Shown here one piece after another: positions 18,712 through 29,344 of a stretch of DNA of 64,000 nt (the stretch's first letter is position 1; every line of letters begins with the position of its first letter). A program made the position numbers and the translations under genes. Below the pieces are notes generated by a model that saw nothing but the letters and a program-made list of their open reading frames with translations, was not told where the DNA came from and did not search any database. Source of the DNA: Chthoniobacteraceae bacterium (GTDB lineage: Bacteria > Verrucomicrobiota > Verrucomicrobiia > Chthoniobacterales > Chthoniobacteraceae); the NCBI GenBank assembly GCA_031409655.1, contig JANNXQ010000078.1:44525-108524 (forward strand), written 5' to 3'.

Positions 18712-20667
18712 CTACTTCGCCGCGGCATCGCGGGGCGGGCTCGGCAGAGGTGCTTCGGGGGTGAGCGAGAAATTGCGGAAGCCGGCCTTGCCGCCGATGA
18801 GCACGAAATCCACGCCGCCTTTCTCGCGCTCGAAAATCTGGTCCGTCGCGCTGAACTTCGTGCCGCCGATTTCGCCGTCGAGATTGATGCCGTCGAACTT
18901 GAGGGTGAGCGCGTGCCATGTGCCGGGCGTAAGGGCGACCGGGACTTTCTTGAGGATCACGTTCTTCTCGCCGGTCACGTCGGCAAACGTAATGCGGTCG
19001 GCGGCGATGTCCGTGCGGATGATCACGTCGCCCGCCGGGTCGCGGAAGCGCAGCGTGAACTGGCTGTCGGGCGCGAGGTTGAACTCGTAGCCCAGCATGC
19101 CGTTGCGGAACTCCGCCGGGCCGCGCAGCAGCGCGTCCTTGTTCTCGGCATTCAGCGATGCCCAGAGCGCGCCGTCCTTCGCCTCCCAAGTTCCGCGCTG
19201 GGCCTTCCACGGCTTGCCGGGGAGCTTCGCAAAGGACTCGCGAATGGTGCCATCCTTCTCGATGTTCGCGGCTGCGTCGGGCGATTTGGGAAGCGGGACA
19301 CCTTTGGTTTTCTTGCGCTCGCTCTTGGGCTTCTTCGTCTTTGCGCCCTCGGGCAGCGGCATCCCGAAACGCTTTGCACCGGCTTTGATGGGGTTCGCCA
19401 TTTCGGCCAACCAGGCGTCGTGGAGCTTCGTGAGTTCGGCGACTTTCTCCGGCATCTGCTGCGCGAGATCATTTTTCTCCGCCACGTCCTTGCCCAAATC
19501 AAAGAGGCCCGTGCGCGCCTTCTCACCGACGAGTTTCCAATCGCCAGAACGCACCGCCCACCAGCCCTCCTCGCTGCCTGCGGACCAGAAAAGATTGCGC
19601 AGCGGCAGCGTCTCGTTGCCTTGCAGGATCGGCAGGATGTTTTTCCCATCGAAAGGCTTCGCGTCCACTGGCGCGACGCCCGCCGCCGCGAGCGCGGTCG
19701 GGAGAATATCGAGCGCGATGACGGGCGCCTGACTCTCGCCGGGCTGCAATTTCGCCGGCCAACAGACGAGAAATGGTACCCGGATGCCGCCCTCGTAGTC
19801 CTGATGTTTGCCGCCGCGCAACGGCGTGTTCACCGCCGACTGCGCGAGCGGGCCGCCGTTGTCGCTGATGAAAAACAGCAGCGTGTTTTCCCACACGCCT
19901 TCCGCTTTCAGCGTCGCGACGACTTTGCCGATCGCGTCATCCATCCGCTTTCCCATCGCGAGGAGTGTGTTGCGGTCGGCGTTGCCGGTGTTGAATTTTG
20001 CGATCTCATCCGCGGGCGCCTGGAGCGGCGCGTGGACGGCATTGAACGCGAGATACACGAGGAACGGCTGCGCTTTCTTTCGCGTGATGAATGCCGCGGC
20101 CTCCTCGCCGAGCCGGTCCGTGAGATAGCCCGTCTCCTGCACCGGCGTCGTGCCTCGGTAGATCGGATCGTCCGGATCGTTGAGTTTGAAATAATCGTGC
20201 GCGCCGCGGCCGAGGAAGCCGAACACTTCATCGAACCCGCGCAACGCCGGGCTCCACGCCACATCCGGCCCGAGGTGCCATTTCCCAAACTGCGCCGTCG
20301 CGTAGCCCGCCGGTTTGAAATGCTGCGGGAAAATCTTCTCGCTCATCGGCAACCCGCTCCCCGCCTCGCCGCCCGTGTAGAGCCCGAGCCGCTGCTGATA
20401 CCGCCCCGTCATCAGGCCGGCGCGCGTCGGCGAACACACATGCCCGCTCACATAGCCCTGCCGGCAGATCACGCTCGCCCTCGCGAGCGCGTCGAGATGC
20501 GGCGTGGTGATTTCCTTCGGATGCGCGGGATTGAAGCGCACATCCGCGTAACCGAGATCATCCGCGACGATGACGACGATGTTCGGTTTCGGTTCGGCAG
20601 CGCTGAGCAGGGCAGACGCGGCGAGGAGCACGGCAAGAAGTTTGGAGGTAAAGACGGTCGTTTGCAT
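18712..20667 (-). CDS. Arylsulfatase-family sulfatase with extra C-terminal beta-rich domain
   Basis: ADDLGY; CSPTRAG; GKWHLG; SDNGG; Lys-rich linker then an appended domain. Confidence 0.92.
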   Translation of the reverse strand: MQTTVFTSKLLAVLLAASALLSAAEPKPNIVVIVADDLGYADVRFNPAHPKEITTPHLDALARASVICRQGYVSGHVCSPTRAGLMTGRYQQRLGLYTGGEAGSGLPMSEKIFPQHFKPAGYATAQFGKWHLGPDVAWSPALRGFDEVFGFLGRGAHDYFKLNDPDDPIYRGTTPVQETGYLTDRLGEEAAAFITRKKAQPFLVYLAFNAVHAPLQAPADEIAKFNTGNADRNTLLAMGKRMDDAIGKVVATLKAEGVWENTLLFFISDNGGPLAQSAVNTPLRGGKHQDYEGGIRVPFLVCWPAKLQPGESQAPVIALDILPTALAAAGVAPVDAKPFDGKNILPILQGNETLPLRNLFWSAGSEEGWWAVRSGDWKLVGEKARTGLFDLGKDVAEKNDLAQQMPEKVAELTKLHDAWLAEMANPIKAGAKRFGMPLPEGAKTKKPKSERKKTKGVPLPKSPDAAANIEKDGTIRESFAKLPGKPWKAQRGTWEAKDGALWASLNAENKDALLRGPAEFRNGMLGYEFNLAPDSQFTLRFRDPAGDVIIRTDIAADRITFADVTGEKNVILKKVPVALTPGTWHALTLKFDGINLDGEIGGTKFSATDQIFEREKGGVDFVLIGGKAGFRNFSLTPEAPLPSPPRDAAAK

Positions 20668-20678
20668 AGTTTCGGTGA

Positions 20679-22637
20679 CTAGGGGTGAACTTCGGAGGCC
20701 GGCATTGCCCGCACCGTGACGTTGGTGAACGTTTCGCTATCGGCCGGCTTTTTGAAGCGGGTGTCTTTGTCGTTCACCCAGATCGGCGTGGTGCGACCGT
20801 CGGCGTGGCGGAGGCGGAGGTTGTCGAGGTAGATGGTGTAAGTGCCAGCAGTGCCGCCGGTGAAGACGACACCGTGTTTGCCGAGCGGGCCCGGAGCAGT
20901 GCTAGCGAGGCCGATGATGCGGTGCTCCCAAGTGCTCTTGCCATCGGCGATGCCGGGGCCGCTGACTTGATCGCGGCCATACTGATCGACTGCGGTACCG
21001 ATCTTGAAGAGCGGGCCGAAAGGTTTACTGTTGTTGCCTTCGAGGGTGGAGAAATACGGCTGCTTCTTCGCGGTGTTCGGCGAAAAGGCGATGTCGTACT
21101 CGATCCAGTCGGTGGCGTATTGCGTGCCACTCCAGTTCGCTAGCGAGATGGCGAGTCGATCTTTTGGTTTGGCCTTGTCCGTGATGGTGACGGTGACGGC
21201 GAGCACCTCGCCTTCGGGTGCGGCAGGCTGGTGATACTTCGCTGGAGCAGGCTGGTGGCTGAGTGCGGCCCCGAGCGAATCGGCCCACGCATTCATCTTC
21301 GCGGCGAGGGATTTCACCACGGCGGGATTGGAGTCGGCGACGTTGTTCGTTTCGAGTTCATCCTTAGTGATGTCATGGAGTTCGGTGCGGTTGAAGAAGC
21401 GGTGCAGCTTCCACTGCGCGGTGCGGATGGCGTCTTCGTCGTGCCAGATCCAGTAATAGCTTTCCACCGGACTGGCGGTGTTATCGCGGAGAGCGGGCCA
21501 AATGTTTTTTCCATCCAGCGGTCGCGTCTCAGGCATCTTCGATTCCGTCATCGCCATCAGCGTCGGAAACATGTCGAGCGCACCGCAGAGGCCCGTCCAT
21601 TTCTTGCCGCCGACGAGTCCTCCTTTCGGCCAATGCATGACGGTGGGCAGACGCACGCCGCCGTCATAGACGGTGTGCTTGTGGCCGCGCAAAGGCAGGC
21701 TGCTGCCGGCTTCCATCGCGCCATTGTCGCTGGTGAAAACGAAGATGGTGTTATCGAGCAGACCCAGCTTCGTCAGCTCGGCCTCAATGGTGGCGACGTC
21801 GTTGTCGAGCGCATGAAGCATCGCGGCGTGGATGTGTTTGTTCTCGTCGGTCGTCTTGCCGCTGGCGGTGGGTAGCTTGGCGGCCATTTGCGGATCAATT
21901 CTCGCCAAATCACTTGCCTTAGCCTGCATGGGTGAGTGCGCGATTTGGAATGGGATGTAGCAGAAGAACGGTTGCTCCTTGCTGGCTCGAATAAACTCCA
22001 CGGCATGCTGGGTGAGCAGGTCATCCGTGTAGCCTTCATCTTGCGGACGAAACTCGCGGTTATGCCACCACGACACCGGTCCCCCACCTTTGACCGTGCG
22101 GCGCGTGAAGTGATCTGGTCCGCCGCCGTAATAGACCCACGCCTCATCAAAGCCGTGCGCGTTCACTCCGTGGCCGAAGTCAGGCATTTTGTTCGGCATG
22201 TGTTTGAAGGCCTCGGCAAAGTGGGCGCTGAACTCCGGCGTCTCGGGATCATTGCCATTGTGCCATTTGCCAAAGACACCGGTGCGATAGCCATTGGCCT
22301 TGAAGCCTTCGGCGATGGTCGTCTCGGCAGGTTCGAGCTCGCCGCCGGTCTCTGGCCCAGTGCCCACGCGGATCGGATGACGTCCCGTGAGCAGCATGGC
22401 GCGGGTGGGCGAGCACACGCACCAGCCCATGAACTTCGTTAGCTCCACGCCTTTGGAAAAAAGCCGGTCGATGTTCGGCGTGGGCACGCCGCCACCGTGC
22501 GCGCTGAGGTCTCCCCAGCCGATGTCGTCGGCCATGATATAGACGACATTGGGTTTTGAGAAAGGTGCGGCGGCGTGGAGCGCACCCAGCGAAGCCAGGA
22601 GAGCGCTGGCGAGAAGCAGGCGAGAAAGGGATTTCAT
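20679..22637 (-). CDS. Arylsulfatase-family sulfatase with extra C-terminal domain
   Basis: ADDIGW; CSPTRAM; GKWHNG; SDNGA; C-terminal extension. Confidence 0.92.
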   Translation of the reverse strand: MKSLSRLLLASALLASLGALHAAAPFSKPNVVYIMADDIGWGDLSAHGGGVPTPNIDRLFSKGVELTKFMGWCVCSPTRAMLLTGRHPIRVGTGPETGGELEPAETTIAEGFKANGYRTGVFGKWHNGNDPETPEFSAHFAEAFKHMPNKMPDFGHGVNAHGFDEAWVYYGGGPDHFTRRTVKGGGPVSWWHNREFRPQDEGYTDDLLTQHAVEFIRASKEQPFFCYIPFQIAHSPMQAKASDLARIDPQMAAKLPTASGKTTDENKHIHAAMLHALDNDVATIEAELTKLGLLDNTIFVFTSDNGAMEAGSSLPLRGHKHTVYDGGVRLPTVMHWPKGGLVGGKKWTGLCGALDMFPTLMAMTESKMPETRPLDGKNIWPALRDNTASPVESYYWIWHDEDAIRTAQWKLHRFFNRTELHDITKDELETNNVADSNPAVVKSLAAKMNAWADSLGAALSHQPAPAKYHQPAAPEGEVLAVTVTITDKAKPKDRLAISLANWSGTQYATDWIEYDIAFSPNTAKKQPYFSTLEGNNSKPFGPLFKIGTAVDQYGRDQVSGPGIADGKSTWEHRIIGLASTAPGPLGKHGVVFTGGTAGTYTIYLDNLRLRHADGRTTPIWVNDKDTRFKKPADSETFTNVTVRAMPASEVHP

Positions 22638-22657
22638 AGGAGTGAGTGATGAGTCGT

Positions 22658-23941
22658 TCAGGGGGTGCGCTGCGGCGGCGTGTTTTGCAGAGGCAACTGG
22701 CCGCGCAGCAGGCGGGCCCCCTGGCCAGTCAGCCAGAGGTAGTGATCGCTGGGCAAACCTTCGTAGTCGAGGAATCGCGTGGGGCCGACGGGCAGTTCAT
22801 TCGTGCATTTGAAGATGGCCGTGCCCTCATCCACCTCGTCAAACATCGCCACATAGATCATCTGCGCGCCGGCGGTCTTCGCGGCGACGAACTGCGACCA
22901 GAGGAACTCACCTTTCAATCGCGGAATGTGGCCGAGCGGTGAGTCTGGATTCATATTGTGCCAACTGAATCCCGGAAAGACGACCGGCAGATAGTCGAGC
23001 GAATGCTCGCTGCACCAGGCGAGGTCAGGTTTCGCGACCTTCTCGGCATGGCGCGCGACTTCCTGCGGATTGCGATAGCGGCCTGGCGTCCATGGACTGA
23101 GCACGTCGGCCAGTTTCAGCACCGCGTACAGCGCGGGATCGGACGCGGCATCGCGATGGAGTTCACGCCAGCCGGTGGGGACGCCGAGCATCACCGAACA
23201 GCCATCGTCTTTGAGAAACTCGATCAACGCGCGGCATTCGGTGAGCGAGTATTTGCGATCGTCGGCAAAACCCACACCCCAGACGGCCACGAGTGGTTTA
23301 CCCCGGTGCCGCAGATACGCGGCATCCTCACCGATCTTCATTTGCGCCCGCAGCATGCGCCAGTCGTCCATCACCTGGGCAACACCGCCGGCGGGCAGGC
23401 CGCTGAGGTCATACATCACCGCATAGGCGCGGCCCTCCCGGTTCGCGCCTTCACGGCAGTTCGCGAGCACGACGTCTTTGTGACGCCGTCCCACCGCGCT
23501 CTTCAAGCCGTTGGCAAAGCGTTGCACGAAGACGCCGTCGATGCCGTATTCGCGCATCCAGCGAAAATGCCGCAACACCGTCTCGCGCCGGAAGGAACTG
23601 AACACTTCGGCGGCGCGACCATCGGCGAGCTTGAAGCCGGTGGGGAATCGCTCCTCCGGCGTGAGTTCCGCCATGTCGGGCCAGAGGTCCACGTTGACGT
23701 TACCCGGAGCGAAAGGCTTTTGCTTCTTAGCCGCCCAATGCGTCCAGCCAAGGCCCGCGCCATCGCCCTCGCAATTGAACCAGCCTTGATAACCCGCCAT
23801 TACCTTGCCGGTCAGCGTGCTCGTGTCCACACCCCGCACACTGGCGCCAGAGTAAGGCGCGAGCGGACTCGATGGGTCGGCGGCCAGGACGGAAACTGTC
23901 GTCAGCAGAAGGAGGGTGAGAATTGAGAAGATGGCATTCAT
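22658..23941 (-). CDS. GH71/GH99-like glycoside hydrolase, secreted
   Basis: KVMAGYQGWF, YGIDGVFVQRF, FPGFSWHN, IYVAMFDEVDEGTAIFK. Confidence 0.82.
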   Translation of the reverse strand: MNAIFSILTLLLLTTVSVLAADPSSPLAPYSGASVRGVDTSTLTGKVMAGYQGWFNCEGDGAGLGWTHWAAKKQKPFAPGNVNVDLWPDMAELTPEERFPTGFKLADGRAAEVFSSFRRETVLRHFRWMREYGIDGVFVQRFANGLKSAVGRRHKDVVLANCREGANREGRAYAVMYDLSGLPAGGVAQVMDDWRMLRAQMKIGEDAAYLRHRGKPLVAVWGVGFADDRKYSLTECRALIEFLKDDGCSVMLGVPTGWRELHRDAASDPALYAVLKLADVLSPWTPGRYRNPQEVARHAEKVAKPDLAWCSEHSLDYLPVVFPGFSWHNMNPDSPLGHIPRLKGEFLWSQFVAAKTAGAQMIYVAMFDEVDEGTAIFKCTNELPVGPTRFLDYEGLPSDHYLWLTGQGARLLRGQLPLQNTPPQRTP

Positions 23942-24007
23942 CCGGGTGCCGATACCAAGTCTTGGGGTCTGGTGTCAGGGAATTCTCCGGTCAGCCAAGA
24001 GGCGCAT

Positions 24008-24064
24008 GCCGTGATCGCCGAGCACCTCGTGGTGATCACTGGTGAAGCCGACAAACGGGTTCTC
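24008..24064 (-). pseudogene. Short degenerate sulfatase remnant
   Basis: Minus strand reads ENPFVGFTSDHHEVLGDHG, like the DNTLVIFTSDHGEMMG motif of the sulfatase at 33263-34759. Confidence 0.5.
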
Positions 24065-24076
24065 GCCACACGCGCT

Positions 24077-27000
24077 CTACGGGTTCGTCACCTTCAGCCG
24101 CATGAAGAGCTTATTCTTCGTGCCGATGGGCATGTCGAAGGTGTGCTGGCCATCGGTGCCGGTGTCGGGGATCTCCGTCCAGCTCCCAGGGAGCAGCGTC
24201 TCACTCCACTCGGCACCGTAGGTAATGCCGCTCACGCCGATGGGCTGTTGGAAGGTGACCACGAAGCTGTCGGCGATGACTTGTCCCGCAGGCAGTTGAA
24301 CGGAACTTGCCGCTGTGGGGTCCAAGCCGAAGGCAAACTCCAATAGGTTCACCAGCCCATCGTTGTCGAAGTCAAAGGTATCTGCGCTGTTGCCGCTGCC
24401 GGCGGCGGAGCCGAAGTAAGTTTCCCGCCAGGCGCCGACGGCACCCGGCGTGACGGTAAGCAGGCTGCTCAGTCCGGATTCATTGCCGTTCGTGTCCATC
24501 GCCGTCACCCGGTATTGGTAAGTGGTGCCGCTCACTACCGTGTTGTCCACATAGCTGCTGGAGGCGAGTCCGGTTGAGAAAGGAAGACCAAAGCTTCCGC
24601 CAAGGATCCTGCGATAGACGGTGTAGCTGGCGAAGTCGGACGCAGTGCTGTTCGCCCAGTCCAGGCTCACCGATCCGCTGCCTGCGGTGGCCGTAAACCC
24701 GGTCGGAGCTGACGGAGCCGCGAAGTCGGCGTCGCCGCCACCGTCTATCTGACCCAAATAGGCGTAGAGCTGGGTTTTCTCCGCTGAGTTCAGATTGTAG
24801 CCCGTTGCGGAAAGGTTGTGGGCTGAGCCATCTGTTCCGCGGGCCGCGCCCGCGACGAACTGATCGAACACCGCCGCCAGACTGGTGGCGCTGCCATCGT
24901 GCAGATAAGGTGCCGCCGCATGCACGCCCAGCAGCGTAGGCGTATCAATGCCAGACAGCGAGTTCGTGCCGCCGCCCAGTCTTTGTCCCGAGGAAGACTT
25001 GATCGTGCCCACATTGTGCAACGTGATGGCACCCGCGCTGTTATTTCCGATGGTGCTGTCCGTCAACCCGGTCGCGGGCTTGTGGCAACTGAGACAGTTG
25101 AGCGGATTTCCTGCTGCAGGAGTCTTCGTTCCGGCGAAGAGTCTTTTCCCCTGCACCGCATCGTAGGTCAGCGTTCCATTCGTATTCCTATTCGGACTCT
25201 TCTCAACGGTCGCCGCGCCGAGTGAGGCCACAAAGGCGGCGAGTGCGTCCAAATCAGCACTGCGACCGGCGTTGGCCGCGCCCAAAGAGGCATTGGCCCC
25301 ACCGTTGGTGGACAGGAATCCGGTGCCGCCAAAGGCGTTCACGATGTCCAGTTCGAAGTCCTGGATTTCGTCGAAGTTGGCGCTCCAATGCACATTGCCG
25401 TGTGCAGCGCCGGCCCGACCGCGCAGGTTGGTCGTGTTGCGCAGACCTTCACCCCGGTTAGTGAAATCCCAGGTGCGTCCGTCATGGTCCCCATCCTGAT
25501 GGCAGATGGCACAATTCAGATAACCTTCCCGGCTCATTCGTGGATCGGCAGCATTGTAGAAGACTTGCTTGCCCCGAAGCACATTGGCCGGGAAGGTCTC
25601 GGTGGCCACGGTGCTGATGGTGGCGATCGGGGTTTGTGGGAAGCCGCCCCTTTTCAGGCTCGCATCCAGATCGTAGACGGTGACTTTGCGATCCGTCAGG
25701 CTGTTGATGAACAACCGGTTGCTCACGGCATCGAAGCATAATCCTTGCGGTGCCAGCCCCGTTGGCAAGGTGGAGACCAGCTGACCGGTGAAGGTATCCA
25801 TTACCCTGACCTGATTGTTGCCCTGGAGGGCAATGAACAGATAATCGCCAAGCGGTGAGAAGACCATGGCCGAGGGCTGCGATGCGTCGTCAATGTCGAG
25901 CCGGCTCACTTCCGTGTTGCTCGTCAGATTGATCTTGGAAACGATCGCGCGCACGGTCGTTTCATGAGTCAGCGGCTGCCCATCCCTGAAGCCGCCGCGC
26001 AGGATGTTGTCCTGCTTGGCGGTGACATAGGCGAATTGGTTGAACGGATCAATCGCCACGTCGGCAAGGTAGTTGGGCAGGCCGCGGGCCGATGTGCCCT
26101 GCTCGAGCGCGTTGGTATTCACACCCAGCGCAATGGTCTGCGCGAGACTCATGCTGCCTCCGGCATTGTTGAACAGCCGCACCTCACCCTGGGCATTCGG
26201 CGAGATAAAGCGGTTCACCAGCAGCTTGTCGGTGGCCGCGTTCACCGCGATGGCCGCTGCCGTACCCCCGGCCGCCAACTCGACATCCACCCGCAACGGA
26301 GTCGCCGACGGATTGATCCGCGCAACCCTGCCACTACCCATAAGCGTGACATACGCGTAGGTCTTGGCAGCGTTGAAGACCACATCGTGCGGACGCGATC
26401 CGTGGCGGAAGTTGATCGAACCCACCAGTGCGCCGGTGGTACTGCGGACCTCCAGGCGGTCGGCATCCAGACAGGTTATCCACAGGTTGCCGCTCGCGTC
26501 CCGGGCCAGGCTGCGCGGATCGTTGCCGACCGCAAATTCGCTGACCTTGGCCAAGGTGTCGGCATTGATCGAAGTTACCGTGTTGTTGTCCGGGTTGACG
26601 GTCCACATGCGGCGGTTGGTGCCATCCAACACCATCTGGCTGCCGTTTGTGGAAGCCGCACCCGATGGCACCGGGGTGACCGTCACCACCGTGGACCGGG
26701 TCACGGTTTGCGGTGAAGGGCTGCTGTCGCGAACTCGTAACAGCACGGAGTAATGACCCGGGTTGGTGTAGGTATGACTGATGGTGGCAGCCGAGGCACT
26801 GTAGGCGGTCTGCGTTGAGCCATCGCCAAAGGTCCAACTGTATTGCAGCGGAGCGGTTCCTCCGCTGGCAGTCACGGACAGGTTGGCCGTGCCATTGACC
26901 GGGGCAGGATACGGGGCAGAGGTAAAATTGGTGACCGAGATTGGCGGGCCGCCCCCCGCGCCGGCGGTCGTGAAGTCGAACGAATACCCCGTGATTCCAT

Positions 27001-29191
27001 TTCCGGAAACGTCCTTGATGCCGCCCGCCACCAACTGGACCCGGTACGTGGTGCCGGGGGCGAGATTGGCATTGGGTGTGAACGTGAGAACGTCCTTGTC
27101 GTGCCAATTCAATGTGCCCGCCACATCCGAACCGCCGGCCACCGGAAAGACCCGGAAAGTATTGCTGTGGATGGTCAAGTAATCGAGCGTTTCATGAATG
27201 ATCACGCCAATGCGCGACTTGACATGCATGTTGACCGCGCCACTTGCCGGGTTGTGATAGGCAACCGTCGGCCCAACGGTGTCCGGTGCCGCCTGGTGGG
27301 CAAAGATTCGCATGGAAAAGCCGTTTGTGGGACTGTCCTGACCGAATACGTCGATCGCACCGCGGATCCCACCCTGTTCCATATTTGCAGCGCTGACAAA
27401 CAGGTTGCCCAGCGGGAGCATATACTCACCGTCATGTGGATGCACACCCAGCAGGATGGGCGCCTGGTTGTTGTCCAACGGCCTCATGTCGTAGATACCA
27501 AAGCCTAGGAACATCTTGTGATCTTGGAACTGGGCATACCGCGTCCGTCCCGGCAACCCCCTGCTGTAGGGCTGCCCATTCATGCCCCTGCGAAAAAGAT
27601 AACGCAAGTCCGACGGGTTCGAAAAGTCAATGAAAGCACAGCTATCCGTTGTCGTGAAGGAATTGGGCATCACCAGATAGTGTTTCCACATGAAATACTC
27701 GTAGGAGGGTTCGGGGTGCTGCCACAATGGATCGTTGGGACCGATGAGATCGAGCAATAGCGGGTTGGACGGGTCGCTGATGTCGTAGGTGGCAAGCCCT
27801 GAATCCTGGCCGCGGATGCTCGCGACGATCAGAAGATTCCCGATGGGAGTCGAGGTGCCTTCAAACCCATGATTAATCGTGGAAAGCAATGTCCCAGTTT
27901 TTGTATCATAGATTTGAACCGAGGATCCTCCGGAGTATTGATACGGGAAAACGGTCAAGCCTCGGGCGCCGTTGTTTATGGGAGTGTAGCCACTAGGCGT
28001 CTGCCGGATGATGTTCAGCGGATCCCGGACATTGTTGACCTCGTCACCATCCGCAGAGATCCGGTGATGGGGAAGCAACATCGAGTAGGTATGCATGGGG
28101 TTTTGAATGCCCGTGCGTGCGGCGACAATCTCAGTCGGATTGGTGGGATTGGATATATTCCAAACCTGAATCGACGAGCCACTGCCGTCCGTTGCAACAC
28201 CGCGGGAATCCAAGACCAGGTAGCCGTTAATGAAGTCTAGCCCGATGGTTCGTGGATTGTTTCCCACCGCCGCATTGGGGTGGATTTGACTCAGCATGGC
28301 CCCGCTGGTTTGGGTCACTTTCGGGAAACCCGGACCGGGCGGAACCGGCGGGTCAACCGGCGGCCCCCCGATCCATTGCACAGCCATCGCATCCCGCTGA
28401 ATTTGAAAATCCGCCAAACTCAGCGCGCGGTCATAAATCTTCACCTCGCTGACCATCCCGTTGATATACCGGTTGGCACTCGTGGTGGAACCCAACGTGA
28501 CGGCGCTGGTGGTGGAAAAATCCGCCGCTGCCTTGGTCCCCGTCTGGGGGTTCCCGCTCTTGGAATCCCAAAAGGTCCATACGCCCGTGCCGGCGTTATA
28601 GTTGAGCGCCATGACGATCGTATCATTGACCGCCAACGTGCCACCCACCCCGATCAAGCCGTTCAAATAGACCTGATAGTTTCCACCGCCGTAACGCATG
28701 CCGAAGCCGCTGTTCACCCCCGTTGAGTTGCCGATGAGATCATTCAAGTCAGGGTTAATCCCGTCACACTTGAAGGCCACGAGGACACAAAAACCGTTGG
28801 TGCTGCCGGCCTGGTTCAACCAACTGTCAGACTCCGCTGCGGTGAACAGTTCCAGACTGTTTCGTGTGGCTCCGAAGTTGAGACCCGTTTTGCCAGATGC
28901 CGACAGACTGGTGCTGGGATAAAGAACACTGCCCACCGCTGGTAGGGCGTGATTCGCCGCTCCGGATTGATCCGCCCATTGAGACACCACCCCGGATCCG
29001 TTCTTAGTCACGCTGGCCACCACCGTCGCGTCCAGGTGCTGGATCAGCGCCGCTTGCCCAGGCCGGGCGCACCACAACAGAAGCGCGGGCATGATCAGCA
29101 AGGCCAGCCACCGGCGGATTCCGGCATTGAGGAGAACACCGGGGAGGGAGGAAACACTGAATATCGTGCGGAGGGGATGGTTATGATTCAT
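24077..29191 (-). CDS. Large multidomain surface protein: LamG-like, beta-propeller, Ig-like, PKD, YVTN-like propeller, di-heme cytochrome c (CcP/MauG-like), FN3, C-terminal tail
   Basis: Signal peptide; YSWTFGDG PKD motif; CAICH and CLSCH heme motifs; DTPTLLGVHAAAPYLHDGSA; DFDNDGLVNLLEFAFGLDP tail. Confidence 0.85.
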   Translation of the reverse strand: MNHNHPLRTIFSVSSLPGVLLNAGIRRWLALLIMPALLLWCARPGQAALIQHLDATVVASVTKNGSGVVSQWADQSGAANHALPAVGSVLYPSTSLSASGKTGLNFGATRNSLELFTAAESDSWLNQAGSTNGFCVLVAFKCDGINPDLNDLIGNSTGVNSGFGMRYGGGNYQVYLNGLIGVGGTLAVNDTIVMALNYNAGTGVWTFWDSKSGNPQTGTKAAADFSTTSAVTLGSTTSANRYINGMVSEVKIYDRALSLADFQIQRDAMAVQWIGGPPVDPPVPPGPGFPKVTQTSGAMLSQIHPNAAVGNNPRTIGLDFINGYLVLDSRGVATDGSGSSIQVWNISNPTNPTEIVAARTGIQNPMHTYSMLLPHHRISADGDEVNNVRDPLNIIRQTPSGYTPINNGARGLTVFPYQYSGGSSVQIYDTKTGTLLSTINHGFEGTSTPIGNLLIVASIRGQDSGLATYDISDPSNPLLLDLIGPNDPLWQHPEPSYEYFMWKHYLVMPNSFTTTDSCAFIDFSNPSDLRYLFRRGMNGQPYSRGLPGRTRYAQFQDHKMFLGFGIYDMRPLDNNQAPILLGVHPHDGEYMLPLGNLFVSAANMEQGGIRGAIDVFGQDSPTNGFSMRIFAHQAAPDTVGPTVAYHNPASGAVNMHVKSRIGVIIHETLDYLTIHSNTFRVFPVAGGSDVAGTLNWHDKDVLTFTPNANLAPGTTYRVQLVAGGIKDVSGNGITGYSFDFTTAGAGGGPPISVTNFTSAPYPAPVNGTANLSVTASGGTAPLQYSWTFGDGSTQTAYSASAATISHTYTNPGHYSVLLRVRDSSPSPQTVTRSTVVTVTPVPSGAASTNGSQMVLDGTNRRMWTVNPDNNTVTSINADTLAKVSEFAVGNDPRSLARDASGNLWITCLDADRLEVRSTTGALVGSINFRHGSRPHDVVFNAAKTYAYVTLMGSGRVARINPSATPLRVDVELAAGGTAAAIAVNAATDKLLVNRFISPNAQGEVRLFNNAGGSMSLAQTIALGVNTNALEQGTSARGLPNYLADVAIDPFNQFAYVTAKQDNILRGGFRDGQPLTHETTVRAIVSKINLTSNTEVSRLDIDDASQPSAMVFSPLGDYLFIALQGNNQVRVMDTFTGQLVSTLPTGLAPQGLCFDAVSNRLFINSLTDRKVTVYDLDASLKRGGFPQTPIATISTVATETFPANVLRGKQVFYNAADPRMSREGYLNCAICHQDGDHDGRTWDFTNRGEGLRNTTNLRGRAGAAHGNVHWSANFDEIQDFELDIVNAFGGTGFLSTNGGANASLGAANAGRSADLDALAAFVASLGAATVEKSPNRNTNGTLTYDAVQGKRLFAGTKTPAAGNPLNCLSCHKPATGLTDSTIGNNSAGAITLHNVGTIKSSSGQRLGGGTNSLSGIDTPTLLGVHAAAPYLHDGSATSLAAVFDQFVAGAARGTDGSAHNLSATGYNLNSAEKTQLYAYLGQIDGGGDADFAAPSAPTGFTATAGSGSVSLDWANSTASDFASYTVYRRILGGSFGLPFSTGLASSSYVDNTVVSGTTYQYRVTAMDTNGNESGLSSLLTVTPGAVGAWRETYFGSAAGSGNSADTFDFDNDGLVNLLEFAFGLDPTAASSVQLPAGQVIADSFVVTFQQPIGVSGITYGAEWSETLLPGSWTEIPDTGTDGQHTFDMPIGTKNKLFMRLKVTNP

Positions 29192-29344
29192 GGGGGGATT
29201 TTGGCTGGTTACTGGGTTACATTCGCAACGCTCATTGAAACGTGAGCGTGCGGATCGGGGAAATTGAGGCCGAGGCACCGCCCCAAAGGTCAGGAGCGGA
29301 AATTTTCTGAGCTCGCGCCGATTCAGGCATGGATCGGCAGTCGT

